NCBI GenBank assembly: GCA_964016885.1
Contig: OZ024742.1
Coordinates: forward strand, 320,850,001-320,914,000
Source: Eledone cirrhosa
Taxonomy: Eukaryota
Direction of reading: 5' to 3'
DNA length: 64,000 nucleotides
Below, piece after piece: positions 43,925 through 56,833 of this stretch. Under the pieces are notes generated by a model. That model had not been told where the DNA came from, did not search any database, and worked only from the letters and a program-made list of their open reading frames with translations. The position numbers and the translations under genes are program-made. Numbering within the stretch: position 1 is the stretch's first letter; every line of letters begins with the position of its first letter.

Positions 43925-43967
43925 CACGCACGCACGCACGCGCACACACACGCACGCACACGCACAC

Positions 43968-44038
<71 letters not shown>

Positions 44039-44255
44039 CACACACACACACATAATGACATTAAGCCATATTTAAAAGACAAGAGGAGACATTATAGACA
44101 ATGTTTTGAATATGATGTCATTTCATAATTTGACCTTTCACTTTTGACCTCTCACTCACTTTTATACCTTTTTAATACTTTGTTTTGATTTGAAACTTTA
44201 GGTCAGCATATCCCTCATTCTCAAACTTATTTTCTTTCTTTCCTCATATATATAC

Positions 44256-44312
<57 letters not shown>

Positions 44313-44501
44313 AACGAGGAGGACCCCGACGGCTGAGCTCAAGCCGTTTCGACGACTAATTCTGAGTCCAGAATTAGCCGTCGAAACGGCTTGAGCTCAG
44401 CCGTCGGGGTCCTACTCGTTGCTATTACCCACTCTACTACCCTAACTATTGAGTACTTTGGTGCGTTATGGTCCACCTGGTTCCTTACCACATTTCCTTC
44501 G

Positions 44502-44575
<74 letters not shown>

Positions 44576-44589
44576 GTGTGTTTGTGTGC

Positions 44590-45218
44590 ATAAATAAATA
44601 TATATATATTATATACATGTGTGTATATATATATATATATATGTACATGAATATATATATATATATTATATACATGTGTGTGTATATATATATATATGTA
44701 CATAAATATATATATATATATTATATACATGTGTGTGTATGTATATATATATGTACATGAATATATATATATATATATTATATACATGTGTGTGTATGTA
44801 TATATATATATATGTACAAAAATATATATATATATATAAATTATATACATGTGTGTGTATATATATATATATATGTACATAAATATATATATATATATAT
44901 ATATTATATACATGTGTGTGTATATATATATATATATATTATATACATGTGTGTGTATATATATATATATATATTATATACATGTGTGTGTATGTATATA
45001 TATATGTACATAAATATATATATATATATTTTATACATGTGTGTGTATGTATATATATATGTACATAAATATATATATATATATTATATACATGTGTGTG
45101 TATGTATATATATATGTACATAAATATATATATATATATTATATACATGTGTGTGTATGTATATATATATATATATATATGTACATAAATATATATATAT
45201 ATTATATACATGTGTGTG

Positions 45219-45225
<7 letters not shown>
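44590..45225. repeat. ~45-50-bp minisatellite built from microsatellites (TATACATGTGTGTG..ATGTACATAAATATA)
   Basis: About a dozen units with variable TA counts. A nearby ~200-bp tandem duplication lies at 43540/43741. Confidence 0.85.
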
Positions 45226-45281
<56 letters not shown>

Positions 45282-45909
45282 GTATATATATACGTATATA
45301 TATACGTATATATATACGTATATATATACGTATATATATACGTATATATATACGTATATATATACGTATATATATGTATATATATACGTATATATATGTA
45401 TATATATATGTTTCACTTGGTCACTTCCCTTTTCCTTGGTTATGTTTGCACGTATACATACACCCGTTTACACACAGGAATACACACACACACACACACA
45501 CACACTCAAATATGTATGTGTGTCAGTGAGCCGGAATGATACAGACTACACATATGCACACACGCACGCACATGCATGCACTCATACACACACACACATA
45601 CAGACACGAATACGCATACACACACACATACGCACATGCACCCATACATACACACAGACACACAGATACACACACACACGCACATATATATATATATACA
45701 CACAGACACAGTCAGATACAGTGTGCACCCCTTTACGTTCCTTCCCTCCCTCCCACCACTACTGTCACCTCTGTTAGTAATGACATTCTTGTGAAGTTGC
45801 CTTTGTCACCTTTTGTGATGGTTTGGTATCTTCTCTCAGAAATGGCACCACTGACGTACATTGGTTTGTCTGGAAAGGGTCAACGTTTCCTTCTGTCTGC
45901 CTGACTGCC

Positions 45910-45970
<61 letters not shown>

Positions 45971-46320
45971 GACTATATGTATATATGTATGTATGTATGC
46001 ATGCATGTATGCATGTGTGCATGTATGTATCTATGTATGTCTATATATGTGGGTAGGTATATATATATATATATATATGCAACAGTTATATTTAATTTGT
46101 TGGGGTTCAACAAGCTTAAAAGTTTTATAACTGATATAAAGCACTCAACAGTTACTGGAGTAGATATTCAATATATTAATAAATGGAAACTATATTTATA
46201 AAACCATAATTATTTTATTATATATATTTCAAGAGCAACCCAGTCAAATTTTGGTGCGCTCTTATCAACCGTCAAGGTTGTTTTTCTGCGGGTATGTCAA
46301 TATTTATAAAACAAATTTTG

Positions 46321-46386
46321 TATTTTATCTGATGAAAGCGCACCAAAATTTGCCTTGGTTGCCCTTGAAATATATATAATAAAATA
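46321..46386 (+). ncRNA. Type I hammerhead ribozyme motif (family of 9820), in fold-back element ~46080-46430
   Basis: TATTTTAT-CTGATGA-AAG-C-GCACCAA..TTGGTTGC-C-CTT-GAAA-TATATA-TA-ATAAAATA. Stem II sequence differs from 9820 but still pairs. Confidence 0.85.
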
Positions 46387-46443
46387 ATTATGGTTTTATA
46401 AATATAGTTTCCATTTATTAATATATTGTATATATATATATAT

Positions 46444-46884
46444 ATGGAAAAAATGAAATTTCATTTTTCACTCTTAGTACGGCTGATACTTATATATAAG
46501 TATGTATACGTACATACATATATGTATACAGACGTACAGTAGTATGTATATACATACATACATGCACACATATATATATATATATGTACGTATGGGTTTA
46601 CCGAACATTTATTATAATGCTCGGTTTGTTTGCAAACAAACAGCCCGAATTAAGCCGTACAGTGTTCGGCAACCATCGTTGCCATTTTGTTCAACACTGA
46701 CAAAGGAACGATGAACTAGTTTCTAGCTTATTAGCTGTTATCAGCACCGTATACCTTCCTGTCAGTTGATTGAACGTTTGAAAGTATATACTTTCCTTAT
46801 GCATATTAACGGTTGAGCAGCCTAATTTGCATATCGACTGAGTTAGTCGGCCGGGCGTACCGAAAACGATAAATGGAAAAAATG
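46444..46884 (-). mobile_element. Retrozyme-like ~429-nt monomer, circularly permuted relative to 11632-12106; its HHR at 46708-46750 has core CTGATAA (mutated)
   Basis: ATGGAAAAAATG at 46444 and 46873. Its ends map to the interior of the 11.6-kb copy. Confidence 0.75.
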
Positions 46885-46888
46885 TACG

Positions 46889-46978
<90 letters not shown>

Positions 46979-47210
46979 TAAGGTAATGAATTCTTTTACA
47001 ATGGAATCAGCTCGAATGAGGAAAAATATCCCCTGAGCAGTGTATAAATTAATATGTAAGTGATGAAACACAGATACCAACATATCTGTATATATATTGC
47101 AAAAGAAAAATTTAGCCAGATTGAAGTATACTAATTATTATACTACAGTTTGTCCATATCGATTTAAAATAATAAATCAACGGAGACGAACTGTATTGGC
47201 AAAAGGCCGT

Positions 47211-47338
47211 GATGTTTAGACACATTTAAATTTCAAAATCAAACCTGTTCCGTAGATAAGTTTAGACTTTAAGATCCAAATATGTTTCGAGTTAAATAAG
47301 TGTAGGAATATCATGTCCCGCCCTCCTCAGTAAACATC
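47211..47338 (-). ncRNA. Type I hammerhead ribozyme motif with long stem III (mirror of 47740-47867)
   Basis: Reverse complement of 47740-47867. Confidence 0.8.
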
Positions 47339-47739
47339 CAGAGACAAATTGATATGCTTCACTTCTAAATGATTTAAAAGACTGCGTGACGCACATGGCT
47401 TTACAGTATCTAACTAGTCTCATAACCGTACTGCTAGAAATAACAGTCGTATATATGAGATAGTTTGCAGCTCAATATGTTGGTATCTGTGTTTCATCAC
47501 TTACATATTAATTTATACACTGCTCAGGGGATATTTTTCCTCATTCGAGCTGATTCCATTGTAAAAGAATTCATTACCTTATTAATTTTAACTGCTCCTA
47601 GTTTGAGCTGCAAACCATCTCATATATACGACTGTTATTTCTAGCAGTACGGTTATGAGACTAGTTAGATACTGTAAAGCCATGTGCGTCACGCAGTCTT
47701 TTAAATCATTTAGAAGTGAAGCATATCAATTTGTCTCTG

Positions 47740-47867
47740 GATGTTTACTGAGGAGGGCGGGACATGATATTCCTACACTTATTTAACTCGAAACATATTT
47801 GGATCTTAAAGTCTAAACTTATCTACGGAACAGGTTTGATTTTGAAATTTAAATGTGTCTAAACATC
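47740..47867 (+). ncRNA. Type I hammerhead ribozyme motif with long stem III
   Basis: GATGTTTA-CTGAGGA-GGG..CTC-GAAA-CATATTT..AAATGTG-TC-TAAACATC: 8-bp stem I, ~25-bp imperfect stem III, GUC site at 47857-47859. Confidence 0.82.
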
Positions 47868-48028
47868 ACGGCCTTTTGCCAATACAGTTCGTCTCCGTTG
47901 ATTTATTATTTTAAATCGATATGGACAAACTGTAGTATAATAATTAGTATACTTCAATCTGGCTAATTTTTTCTTTTGCAATATATATACAGATATGTTG
48001 GTATCTGTGTTTCATCACTTACATATTA

Positions 48029-48090
<62 letters not shown>

Positions 48091-48102
48091 ATATGTATAT
48101 AT

Positions 48103-48181
<79 letters not shown>

Positions 48182-48344
48182 TGTGTGTGTGTGTGTGTGC
48201 GTGAGTATATCTGTATTTATGTATGTATGTATGTATATGCATGTATGTATGTTTATATGTATGCATTTATGTATATATGTATGTTTGTATGTGTGTGTAT
48301 ATATGTATGTACGTTTGCATGTATATATATGTATATATATATAT

Positions 48345-51300
48345 GTATTACCACAATCACCCCACCCCCCACCAGCAAAAAAAACACCAACACAACCCCA
48401 AACAGAAATGCCGACCATAAAAATAAAACTACAAAATGAACAACAAACCAAAACAACACAACAAAAAAACAAACAATACACATACATTAACACAAACAAC
48501 AAAAACCTAATTGAGGTCATCTCCCAAGACCCCAAAGTAAAAACTGAGGGGAAAACTTTTGTCAAGGAAGACTCTCAACCACACCTAAAACTGATAAGGG
48601 TTTCGATAGAAATCTATCAGAAATTAAAAGAACAATTTTCGCAGGACGTTGGCAACCCCTGTCAAAAGCCCATTAACCGCGTCCTATTAAAATGTTTCCC
48701 CACCCCACTCAACTCCCCCACCAGCACCCAAATGGAGATTGAACAACCCGATCTCCAGGAAACGAAAAGGTAAGTGCAACTTTTTGTCCTTTTTCGCCAA
48801 CTCTTCTCCACCAACATGGCTAATTTACGAATTAGAAGTGTGAATGTGCGTGTCCTAGGGATGCCCTGGAAACAGGGCCAACTTTTAAACGACCTTAGAT
48901 CACACGGTATGGATGTGATATCCATCACCGAGTCCAGGATCCACAACAGGCAGCAACTAACCCCCATCTTCAATGACTTTGAGTTCTACGCATCTCTCTG
49001 TCAGCCAGGAAGTGGAGGGAGAGTGGCTGTCGTGTTTCGGAAAAACCTGGACCTCGAAGTACAGCAAGTACACTTGGACCCGGAGGGTAGACTGGTAGTC
49101 CTAGACGTGAACAGTATTGGAGGTGGAGCCTTCAGTCTGGTGGCCGTTTATGCCCCGACCGGGCAATCGCAATCACGGCCAGACTTCTTTAAGCGTCTAG
49201 AGTCTTTTCTGGGAACGTCTCGCTCGTTGCTTTTAGTGGGGAACTGGAATGGTATCCTAGATGCACGATGGGACTATGTGGGAGCATGTGCCTGTAGAGG
49301 GGCGTGCAACAGCCTCAAAAATTTAATCGGCCAATACCAACTGGCCGATAGGTATCGACTAGATTTCCCGACTGCACCACAGTGGACGTGGACAAACAGC
49401 AGCGGGACATCTTGATCGTATTTAGACGGGTTCTTTATTAGAGAGAGAGACAAGAAGATGTTAAGCTGTCCAAGAATGCACACGGTTGCCTATTCAGACC
49501 ACAAACTAGTCATCTGCATAGTCAAACGTGATAGAATACATAGACAAGGATCCCGATACTGGAAGCTGAACGTGTCGCTACCGACACGTAAAGCCTACAG
49601 TGAACGGATAAGTAGATTAGTTAAGCAACAGTTGACGGGAACCATCGTCAACAACAGATGGTGGTACTCTCTCAAGAGAGCAATTAGAGTAGAGTCGATA
49701 GACTTTAACAGAGAATTAGCCTTAGAGAAAAACAAAACAGAAACAGAACTAGTAGCCAAAGTAGAGGAGGCGCTTAGGAGGGAAACGCAGCTAGAGTGCT
49801 AGCAACGAGACACAGCACTGGACTAGTTCTTCAACGCGAAACACGAAGGCTGCGTGGTCAGAAGTAAATCACGTGCTCTAGGAAACGAGGGAGCAAAAGC
49901 TGTTAGCTGGGCCCGAGTGGCAGAAGCAAAAAGTGGCAACAAGTCCACGATTCGGTCTTTGAAAGACCAAAACGGACGCGTGCTACTTGACGCCAAGAGG
50001 ATGTGCGCGGCCTTTCAGTGGCACTTTGCGCAACTGTTCGAGCAGAGTGGCGGTGCGTTGAACGGGGCAATGGACTTCGGTTCATACCTCGACGGCCTGC
50101 CGCGTCTCTCGAGGATGGACGCCGAGTTCTGCGAAAGACCGATCACAGCCACTGAGATACGGGACGCTCTGGCCCGCTGCGGGAAACGCAAAACACCCGG
50201 TTTAGATGGTCTACATCTGCTCGACGGTCAAGGTGAACGGCTATCTATCGGAGTCGTTCGCAATCACGCGTTCCATCCGATAGGGATGCCCTCTCTCCTG
50301 CATTCTGTACGTGCTGACTCTGGAGCCACTACTGCGGAAGTTGAAGCTGCGGCAGGGCATCCCTTTGGAACCGGGACTGCGGAAAGCGGCGTCGGCATGT
50401 GCCGACGACGTGTCAGTAATGGTGTCGGAAACCTCGGAAATCGGGGCGATCGGCAACTTACTGCAGAAATACGAAAGGCTCACAGGAGCAAAACTGAACC
50501 CGGACAAGTCTGTCGGTTTACAACTCGGAACGTGGAGAGGCAAACCGATGCCGTCCGACAGCGTCGTCGGACGCTGGACAGAAGGACCGGTGAAATTGCT
50601 CGGGGTCTGGTTCGGTCCGGACCTCCAGGTAGAGATAAACTAGAACGAGGTCACGGCGAAGGTATCTGCGCTCACCCAGAAGCGGGCAGAGTGCAAACTA
50701 TCCTTGAAAGGTCGAGCGGAGGTGGCGAACACTTTCATAGCGCCTGTCATCTACTACCGCTTGACCGTCGTGCCTTGTCCCCGTGAACACCTCACCAAGA
50801 TGGAACGCATGCTCTTCCAGTTCCTTTGGAAGAAGCAGGCTCCACTGGTGAGGAGATCCGTCTGCTGTCAGCACCCTTCCAACGGAGGGCTGGGAATGCC
50901 GTGGCTGATGATGCGCAAACATGTGCTGAGGCTACGGCATCTCCAGATATTCCTCACCGACCAACCGGTGTGAACACCGTTTGTGAGACAGGCCTTCCCG
51001 CAACTTCTCTCGCTGACGGAACTGCAGTCCTGGGTCAAGCGGAGACCGAAGAAGATGGGCGCCTGGCACATTGAATGCGCTCACAGTCCTCTGTCAAGCG
51101 GGCACGGCAATCAGTGGAGACTCCACTTCGTCATTCTATAGACGGTTAGTACGTCACAAGAGCCACGACGTGCTCGGAGAGACTCTAGGCGTCGAAGACG
51201 ACGAACTCACCAGTCTGTTTGGTAGGACATTCCGCTGTTTGGTAGGACATTCCTATGGACAACTTCCAGGGGTCCCTGGCCTGGTAGTGCTACCGAGGAG

Positions 51301-51830
51301 CTCTACCAGTTCGAAAAAAGATCTACAGGCACGGACGCCCCGGCAGGGATCCTTCCAAGAGGACGTTTCCAAGATGCGAGCAGGACATTGAAACCGTCTT
51401 GCACGAAATTGTACACTGCCCGGCCATAACTGATCTGTGGAACTACGCAGAACAATTGCTGTCGCGTATGGGACAAATCCAGTTGACTGCCGAGTCCATA
51501 GTAAGGATCAAACCACCAACTTCTTTCAAAAACGAAAGAGAGGGTGAATGTGGCAAAAATGGCCCGAGTGATTGGGCTTTCTCTGTATATAAACCTGTAG
51601 GTTGAAAAAGAGAGCAAAAGGAAGAAAGGAGCACTTGCACAACACGCTCCTGAAGTTGAGGGTTGTTCTATCTACGGGGTATTAAACAACCCATTTGTGA
51701 CGCCTCCCCCCTATTGAGGATTTCGATTGTTAAATTTGTTTGTTTCAATATTTTTACACGATTGTATGTAAAATCCCCGGCATGTGTCTTTGTTTTGTCC
51801 CCTTTTCTTGTGCGCCCTTGTGGCTAATAA

Positions 51831-51831
<1 letters not shown>
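48345..51831 (+). mobile_element. Degenerate Tx1/L1-clade LINE (ORF1 C-terminus, APE, RT with internal deletion, 3' UTR)
   Basis: QYTYIN..NRVLLK ORF1 block; LRIRSVNVR, VAVYAP, YSDHK. Stops and frameshifts; ~0.5-kb deletion at ~50213. Ends AATAAA then (TATC)n. Confidence 0.92.
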
Positions 51832-51879
<48 letters not shown>

Positions 51880-52184
51880 GTAACAATACCTTCGTTTCCC
51901 CACATTTCCTGCTCACACCACCCAAAGATGATGCGTACATTTGTAAAATGAACCTATTAGAAGAGATCACTCAATAAATTCCTTCACTGTTCCCACAGTA
52001 ATTAAACTGTAATTAGGCTCATTGTGTTTATTTGCTGCGAATAAAGGCTATATTTTTTACTAATTACTCCGTAAGCATACAGTTCAACAATAATCCCCAT
52101 AATTTACTAAACTAAACGCACATATGGACGAAGAATAGCCAAGTGGTTAAGACCTTTGCTCTGCGTGTGTATGTGTTTATATGA

Positions 52185-52232
<48 letters not shown>

Positions 52233-52471
52233 TATATTTGTGTATGTGAATTTTCCATTTTATACTAATTAGGACATGGACGTAACTAATTGATCGTTTA
52301 ATGTTAAATGGCAATTTCTTAGTTCATCTGTCTGTCAAATTATTTGTCTACTTATCTATCTATCTGCCTGCCAAGCAGAATCATACTATATTGTATTATA
52401 TTGGTGGATTGGCAGTATCGGTAGAGAGTCGGACACCATGCTTTGACGCATAGAGTTACGGCCCTTTCATC

Positions 52472-52823
52472 CTAAAGCAAAGTGAAATAAAGTGTTTGGA
52501 CACAGCGCTTTGCCGGGAATCCAACTCACAATATCAAGATTATGAATTCAATGGCCTAACTACTAACCATACATATATATATACAAATGGAAGTACAGCA
52601 TAATCGAAGCTCTAGCTGCAGTTAAGCTAACGAATGCAATCGGAATGTACAGCTAAGCACTCAATAAGGTATTTTACCTTAGAATAATAACATTAAAGAT
52701 TGCGACCGGTAAGCCAGCCGCAGGGACCAAAGCACCGAGAAATTTGACTCAGGATAATTTGACAAACCTGGACCATCACGTCGATATTATGCAATATCTC
52801 CGCTAGGTTTCTGTGAATCCGAA

Positions 52824-52870
<47 letters not shown>

Positions 52871-52972
52871 TTAGTAGTTAGGCCATTCAATTCACAATCG
52901 CGATATTGTGAGTTGGATTCCCGTCAAAGCGCTGTGTCCTAGAGCCAAACACTTTATTTCACTTTGCTTTAG
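52472..52972. mobile_element. Inverted pair of SINE head fragments (52472-52570 / 52867-52972) around a (TA)n-associated element (52584-52830, homolog of 16260-16460)
   Basis: CTAAAGCAAAGTGAAATAAAGTGTTTGG versus CCAAACACTTTATTTCACTTTGCTTTAG; CAAATGGAAGTACAGCATA is shared in reverse with 16442-16460. Confidence 0.7.
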
Positions 52973-53210
52973 TTCACATAGCTATACAAAAAGGAGCTGA
53001 GACGTCAATTGGAGTCGAACTGTATTGACCTTTGCATTTTTCCTTGGACAACGTCGGTGGCATGGAGAGGAGAGACTGATATGTAAGGACGACTGCTGGT
53101 CTTTCGCAAAAACACTTTTCCCGAGCATGTGCTTCGTAAGGAACCTTCTAGGTGCTGAATCCATGGTTATTTGCGATCGAAGGAGGATTTTACCCTATAC
53201 TCTTTATATA

Positions 53211-53378
53211 CAGTATTTCCCGGCTCCGAAGACGCTTCGTCCTCGAAGACACACCTTAATTTTGACAATCAAAAATAAAAAAAAAAATAATTAACAACCT
53301 TCGGCCTTCAGGATGCATGGTAGATTTTTAAAACTTATTTTAGGAAAAAAGTAGCGTCTTCAACGCCGGGAAATACGG
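53211..53378. mobile_element. Tc1/mariner-type MITE
   Basis: ~26-bp imperfect TIR C(A/C)GTATTTCCCGGC...GAAGACGCT, with TA on both flanks. Confidence 0.75.
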
Positions 53379-53549
53379 TAAATAAATATAAATTGAGGGC
53401 TCTAATTTTTCTTGACTAATTTTGTTTCATCCGGTGTTGAAATGAAGAGTCACCACTAAATGAAATGAAATAAAATATCCTCTCTCCCTGTTCTATTGAG
53501 TACCTATCTTTAATTCCGGTTCCCCTCCGCTATTTGCCGGAAAACCATT

Positions 53550-53582
<33 letters not shown>

Positions 53583-53653
53583 AACACACACTGACGCACA
53601 CGATTATATACACACACACACATACACATACACACACATATACATATATATGT

Positions 53654-53755
<102 letters not shown>

Positions 53756-53792
53756 TATATCCCTTTGTTTTGTTTGTTTCATTCATTAACTA

Positions 53793-54149
53793 CTAGCTGA
53801 CGTACCCAGCTTCGCCCGGGTAAACAGATGATAAGAGAAGACAGGTAAAAGAGAAAATGACTGTATTGGATGTTTGTCTGGTTACAGTATGGGGCGAGTC
53901 CGTGGTGTCTGTATGATACAAAAAAACAGTAAAAAAAATCTTCCAGATATACCAGATTCTTCGTTGTACCGTTTGTGCATATTATATGAACAATTCTAGG
54001 TGCTCCCACCTAGAATAGTGACCTCTATGAGATGGTTCATCTGCCTGACTGTAAAACGCGCATCATTGCATAGACGTGATTGTTCCATGTTTCTCAAAAG
54101 GATGATGGAAGTTCCAATCTGTTATATTATATGTAGATATAGATATAGA
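53793..54149 (-). mobile_element. Non-autonomous Helitron
   Basis: Minus strand begins TCTATATC, ends with hairpin CCCGG-GCGAAG-CTGGG then CTAG, and sits between A and T. Confidence 0.65.
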
Positions 54150-54752
54150 TAATTAATATAAAAGATGTCCCTATTTACTCCCTTCACAACTCTGTGTATG
54201 TTAGACTAGCAGACAGGCACACAGACAGATAAACTGCGTGGCGATTGTGGGATGCCGCACGTACACACACGTACACGCATGGAAACGCGCACTCGCACGC
54301 AAACTTACATACACGCACACACTCATACATGTTGATAGTTTTTTTACTTTCTGTGGAACGCTGCACGCACGCACACACACATAAACATACGCGCACGTAC
54401 ATACTCACACACACATGTTAATAGTTATTGCTTTCCTTCCCTTCTTATTTCCACACACATCACACACACACATGTCTCTACACTGACACATATACATAGT
54501 GTTCACTTTGCCTATCTCTCCCCTCTCACTCCCTCATTGGCATTATGCATATTAATTTAAGTTTGGCGTCGTTGAGGTGGGCGGAGTCGTTTGAAACCTA
54601 TGAACCAATGATAATCAAGAATTATGACACACGGAATAATGACATTGTTGAAATTAATATATAGATATATATAGAGTATAACTATATTACAGTATATATA
54701 CAGTATATATACAGTATATATTACAGTATATATACAGTATGTATAAAGAAAC

Positions 54753-54799
<47 letters not shown>

Positions 54800-55000
54800 G
54801 ATAGAGTAAGACACGCTTCGCATCGGCTCCGCTATTCCATCGGGATTTACCCTTACTATTGTAAGTACCGGATAAATTTTTTAGTGCAACACATTTGGAA
54901 CACTAACCCCTGTTATTTAGGGAAACATTTTTGCATTTACCCCCTTTTTAGGGGGTAAAATAAATATCTATTTTTGCCGAAAAATTTCTTTCTTGGCAGC

Positions 55001-56833
55001 ATGGCGGAAAAGATGGCAGACATGTCTGCCATTAGCTCTGCCACGCCCCCCAAGTCTGAAGAACAAAAAATAATTACAACAAAAATAGACAATGAAACAA
55101 ACAAAGAAAATGAAAAAACAAATGTTAAGGAAAATGAGCAAACAGAAAACAAACAAACAGAAAATAATACAAATAACAACAGGGCAACTTTCGCCCAGAA
55201 AACAAAACAATCCATTACATACACACCAATTGACCTAACTGCCGCCAGAGAAAAACTGGCCGAAGCAAAGAAACACATTGTTTTGGGGAAGAACGGAATG
55301 TTTTCCATTAACTCCCCCCCAGAATTCAAGAAAGCCAGAGCAGAAAACACAGTTCTCTACAGAACTATACTGAACCAGACAAGAAAGCCAGCACAGCCCA
55401 GCCAAATGGAAATAGAGTTAGTCCTAAAAGACTATATGAAGAATATTCTCTTCATACGAAAGGACCGACTCTATGGCAGCATTTCGGTCCTAACAAGAGA
55501 CAAAGAAACGGCGGAGAAGCTTTCCCTAAGCTCACTCTCGTCGACAACATATAGCTTCTATCCCTCCTACATGGGTAGAAGAACACAGAGAGTAAAAGTA
55601 AAAACAATGCTGCCCACAATGGACTTCTGGTGGGCTATTGCTGGCTTCATTGATATGGGCGAAGACACAATGCTGTCAATGGGGAAGGCAACTGGAGATG
55701 CGTTCCTGGGAATGGGCCTCGACATACTAGTCCAAATGAGGCCCGAAAGAATAGCACAAATCCCGGATCGCATCTGGCTGGATGACCTTACCCCAATAGA
55801 CATAATTGTAGAGGGGAGAAGACCAGCATGCTATTTATGCATGGAAAGGGGACACGTTAAGGCTAACTGCCCGAAACGTATCCCCCAAAAAGGACTATTG
55901 CCCACACCCACCACAAACAGTACACCAACACCACCCACCTCCAAAAATACACTAATACCACACACAGCAAACAAAATACAGACACCACCAACCACAAACA
56001 CAACACAAACATCACCACCACCAGCACCAAACACAAGCACGACACAAAAATCACCACCACCAACCACAACACAAACATCACCACCACCATCACCAACCAC
56101 AAGCACGACACAAACATTACCACCACCACCACAAAACCCATTCCAAACAAATAATAAAAAAAACAGTAACAAATCTACCCCTCCCGCAAAAAAAAAACAA
56201 CCACACAACACGTCCCTCCCACCTAGCGCTGAAGAGTTTCCCCCAACTTCTGAAGAAGAAGGAGGAGAAGCCTTCAGACAAGTTAAAGGAAAAAAAAGAA
56301 AACACACACCCAGCACACCACAAATAACCCACACACAAACACCAACTCCAATCAAAAACACCCCACCCTCAACAAACAAAAATAAATCTGCGCCTCCCCT
56401 CTCCGAAACATTGACAGCATCACAAAAAAAGACGTTGCAATACACATATATAAATAAAGAAAACAAAAAACTGGTTAAATTAATAAACAATAACCCTATG
56501 GTGCAGACCGAAGGGCCAAACTTTATCTCAACAGAGAACTTCACCCATTTAAAAATGATAAAGGTCCCTCTGGACCTTTATCGTTCCTTAAAAGAACAAT
56601 TTAGACGGGGCGTGAGCCCCCCCTGTTTAAAACCGTTGAATCGCGTCCTCTTGAAAGATTTCCCCATAACCGCCCCTCTCCCTGACACAACTCCAAATAC
56701 CCCAACCCCACCACACACGTGTACCCCCACACCACCACAAAACATCCCTCCACCCAACACACCTGATGCCATGGAAATTACGCAACCCGGAGAGGTAAGT
56801 GCTTTTCTTTCTTCACTTTCAACACCAAAATAG
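55001..56833 (+). CDS. LINE ORF1 (gag-like) with CCHC zinc knuckle and Pro/Thr-rich region
   Basis: 610-aa open frame from ATG 55001; CYLCMERGHVKANC. C-terminal block is conserved with 48470-48770. Confidence 0.88.
   Translation: MAEKMADMSAISSATPPKSEEQKIITTKIDNETNKENEKTNVKENEQTENKQTENNTNNNRATFAQKTKQSITYTPIDLTAAREKLAEAKKHIVLGKNGMFSINSPPEFKKARAENTVLYRTILNQTRKPAQPSQMEIELVLKDYMKNILFIRKDRLYGSISVLTRDKETAEKLSLSSLSSTTYSFYPSYMGRRTQRVKVKTMLPTMDFWWAIAGFIDMGEDTMLSMGKATGDAFLGMGLDILVQMRPERIAQIPDRIWLDDLTPIDIIVEGRRPACYLCMERGHVKANCPKRIPQKGLLPTPTTNSTPTPPTSKNTLIPHTANKIQTPPTTNTTQTSPPPAPNTSTTQKSPPPTTTQTSPPPSPTTSTTQTLPPPPQNPFQTNNKKNSNKSTPPAKKKQPHNTSLPPSAEEFPPTSEEEGGEAFRQVKGKKRKHTPSTPQITHTQTPTPIKNTPPSTNKNKSAPPLSETLTASQKKTLQYTYINKENKKLVKLINNNPMVQTEGPNFISTENFTHLKMIKVPLDLYRSLKEQFRRGVSPPCLKPLNRVLLKDFPITAPLPDTTPNTPTPPHTCTPTPPQNIPPPNTPDAMEITQPGEVSAFLSSLSTPK

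Larger units (their letters stand above)
46975..48033. mobile_element. Inverted dimer of a 518-nt HHR-bearing monomer, between (TA)n tracts
   Basis: Right arm 47475-48033 has ~40-nt terminal redundancy (47475 and 47993). Left arm is a nearly identical reverse complement in a different permutation. Confidence 0.88.
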
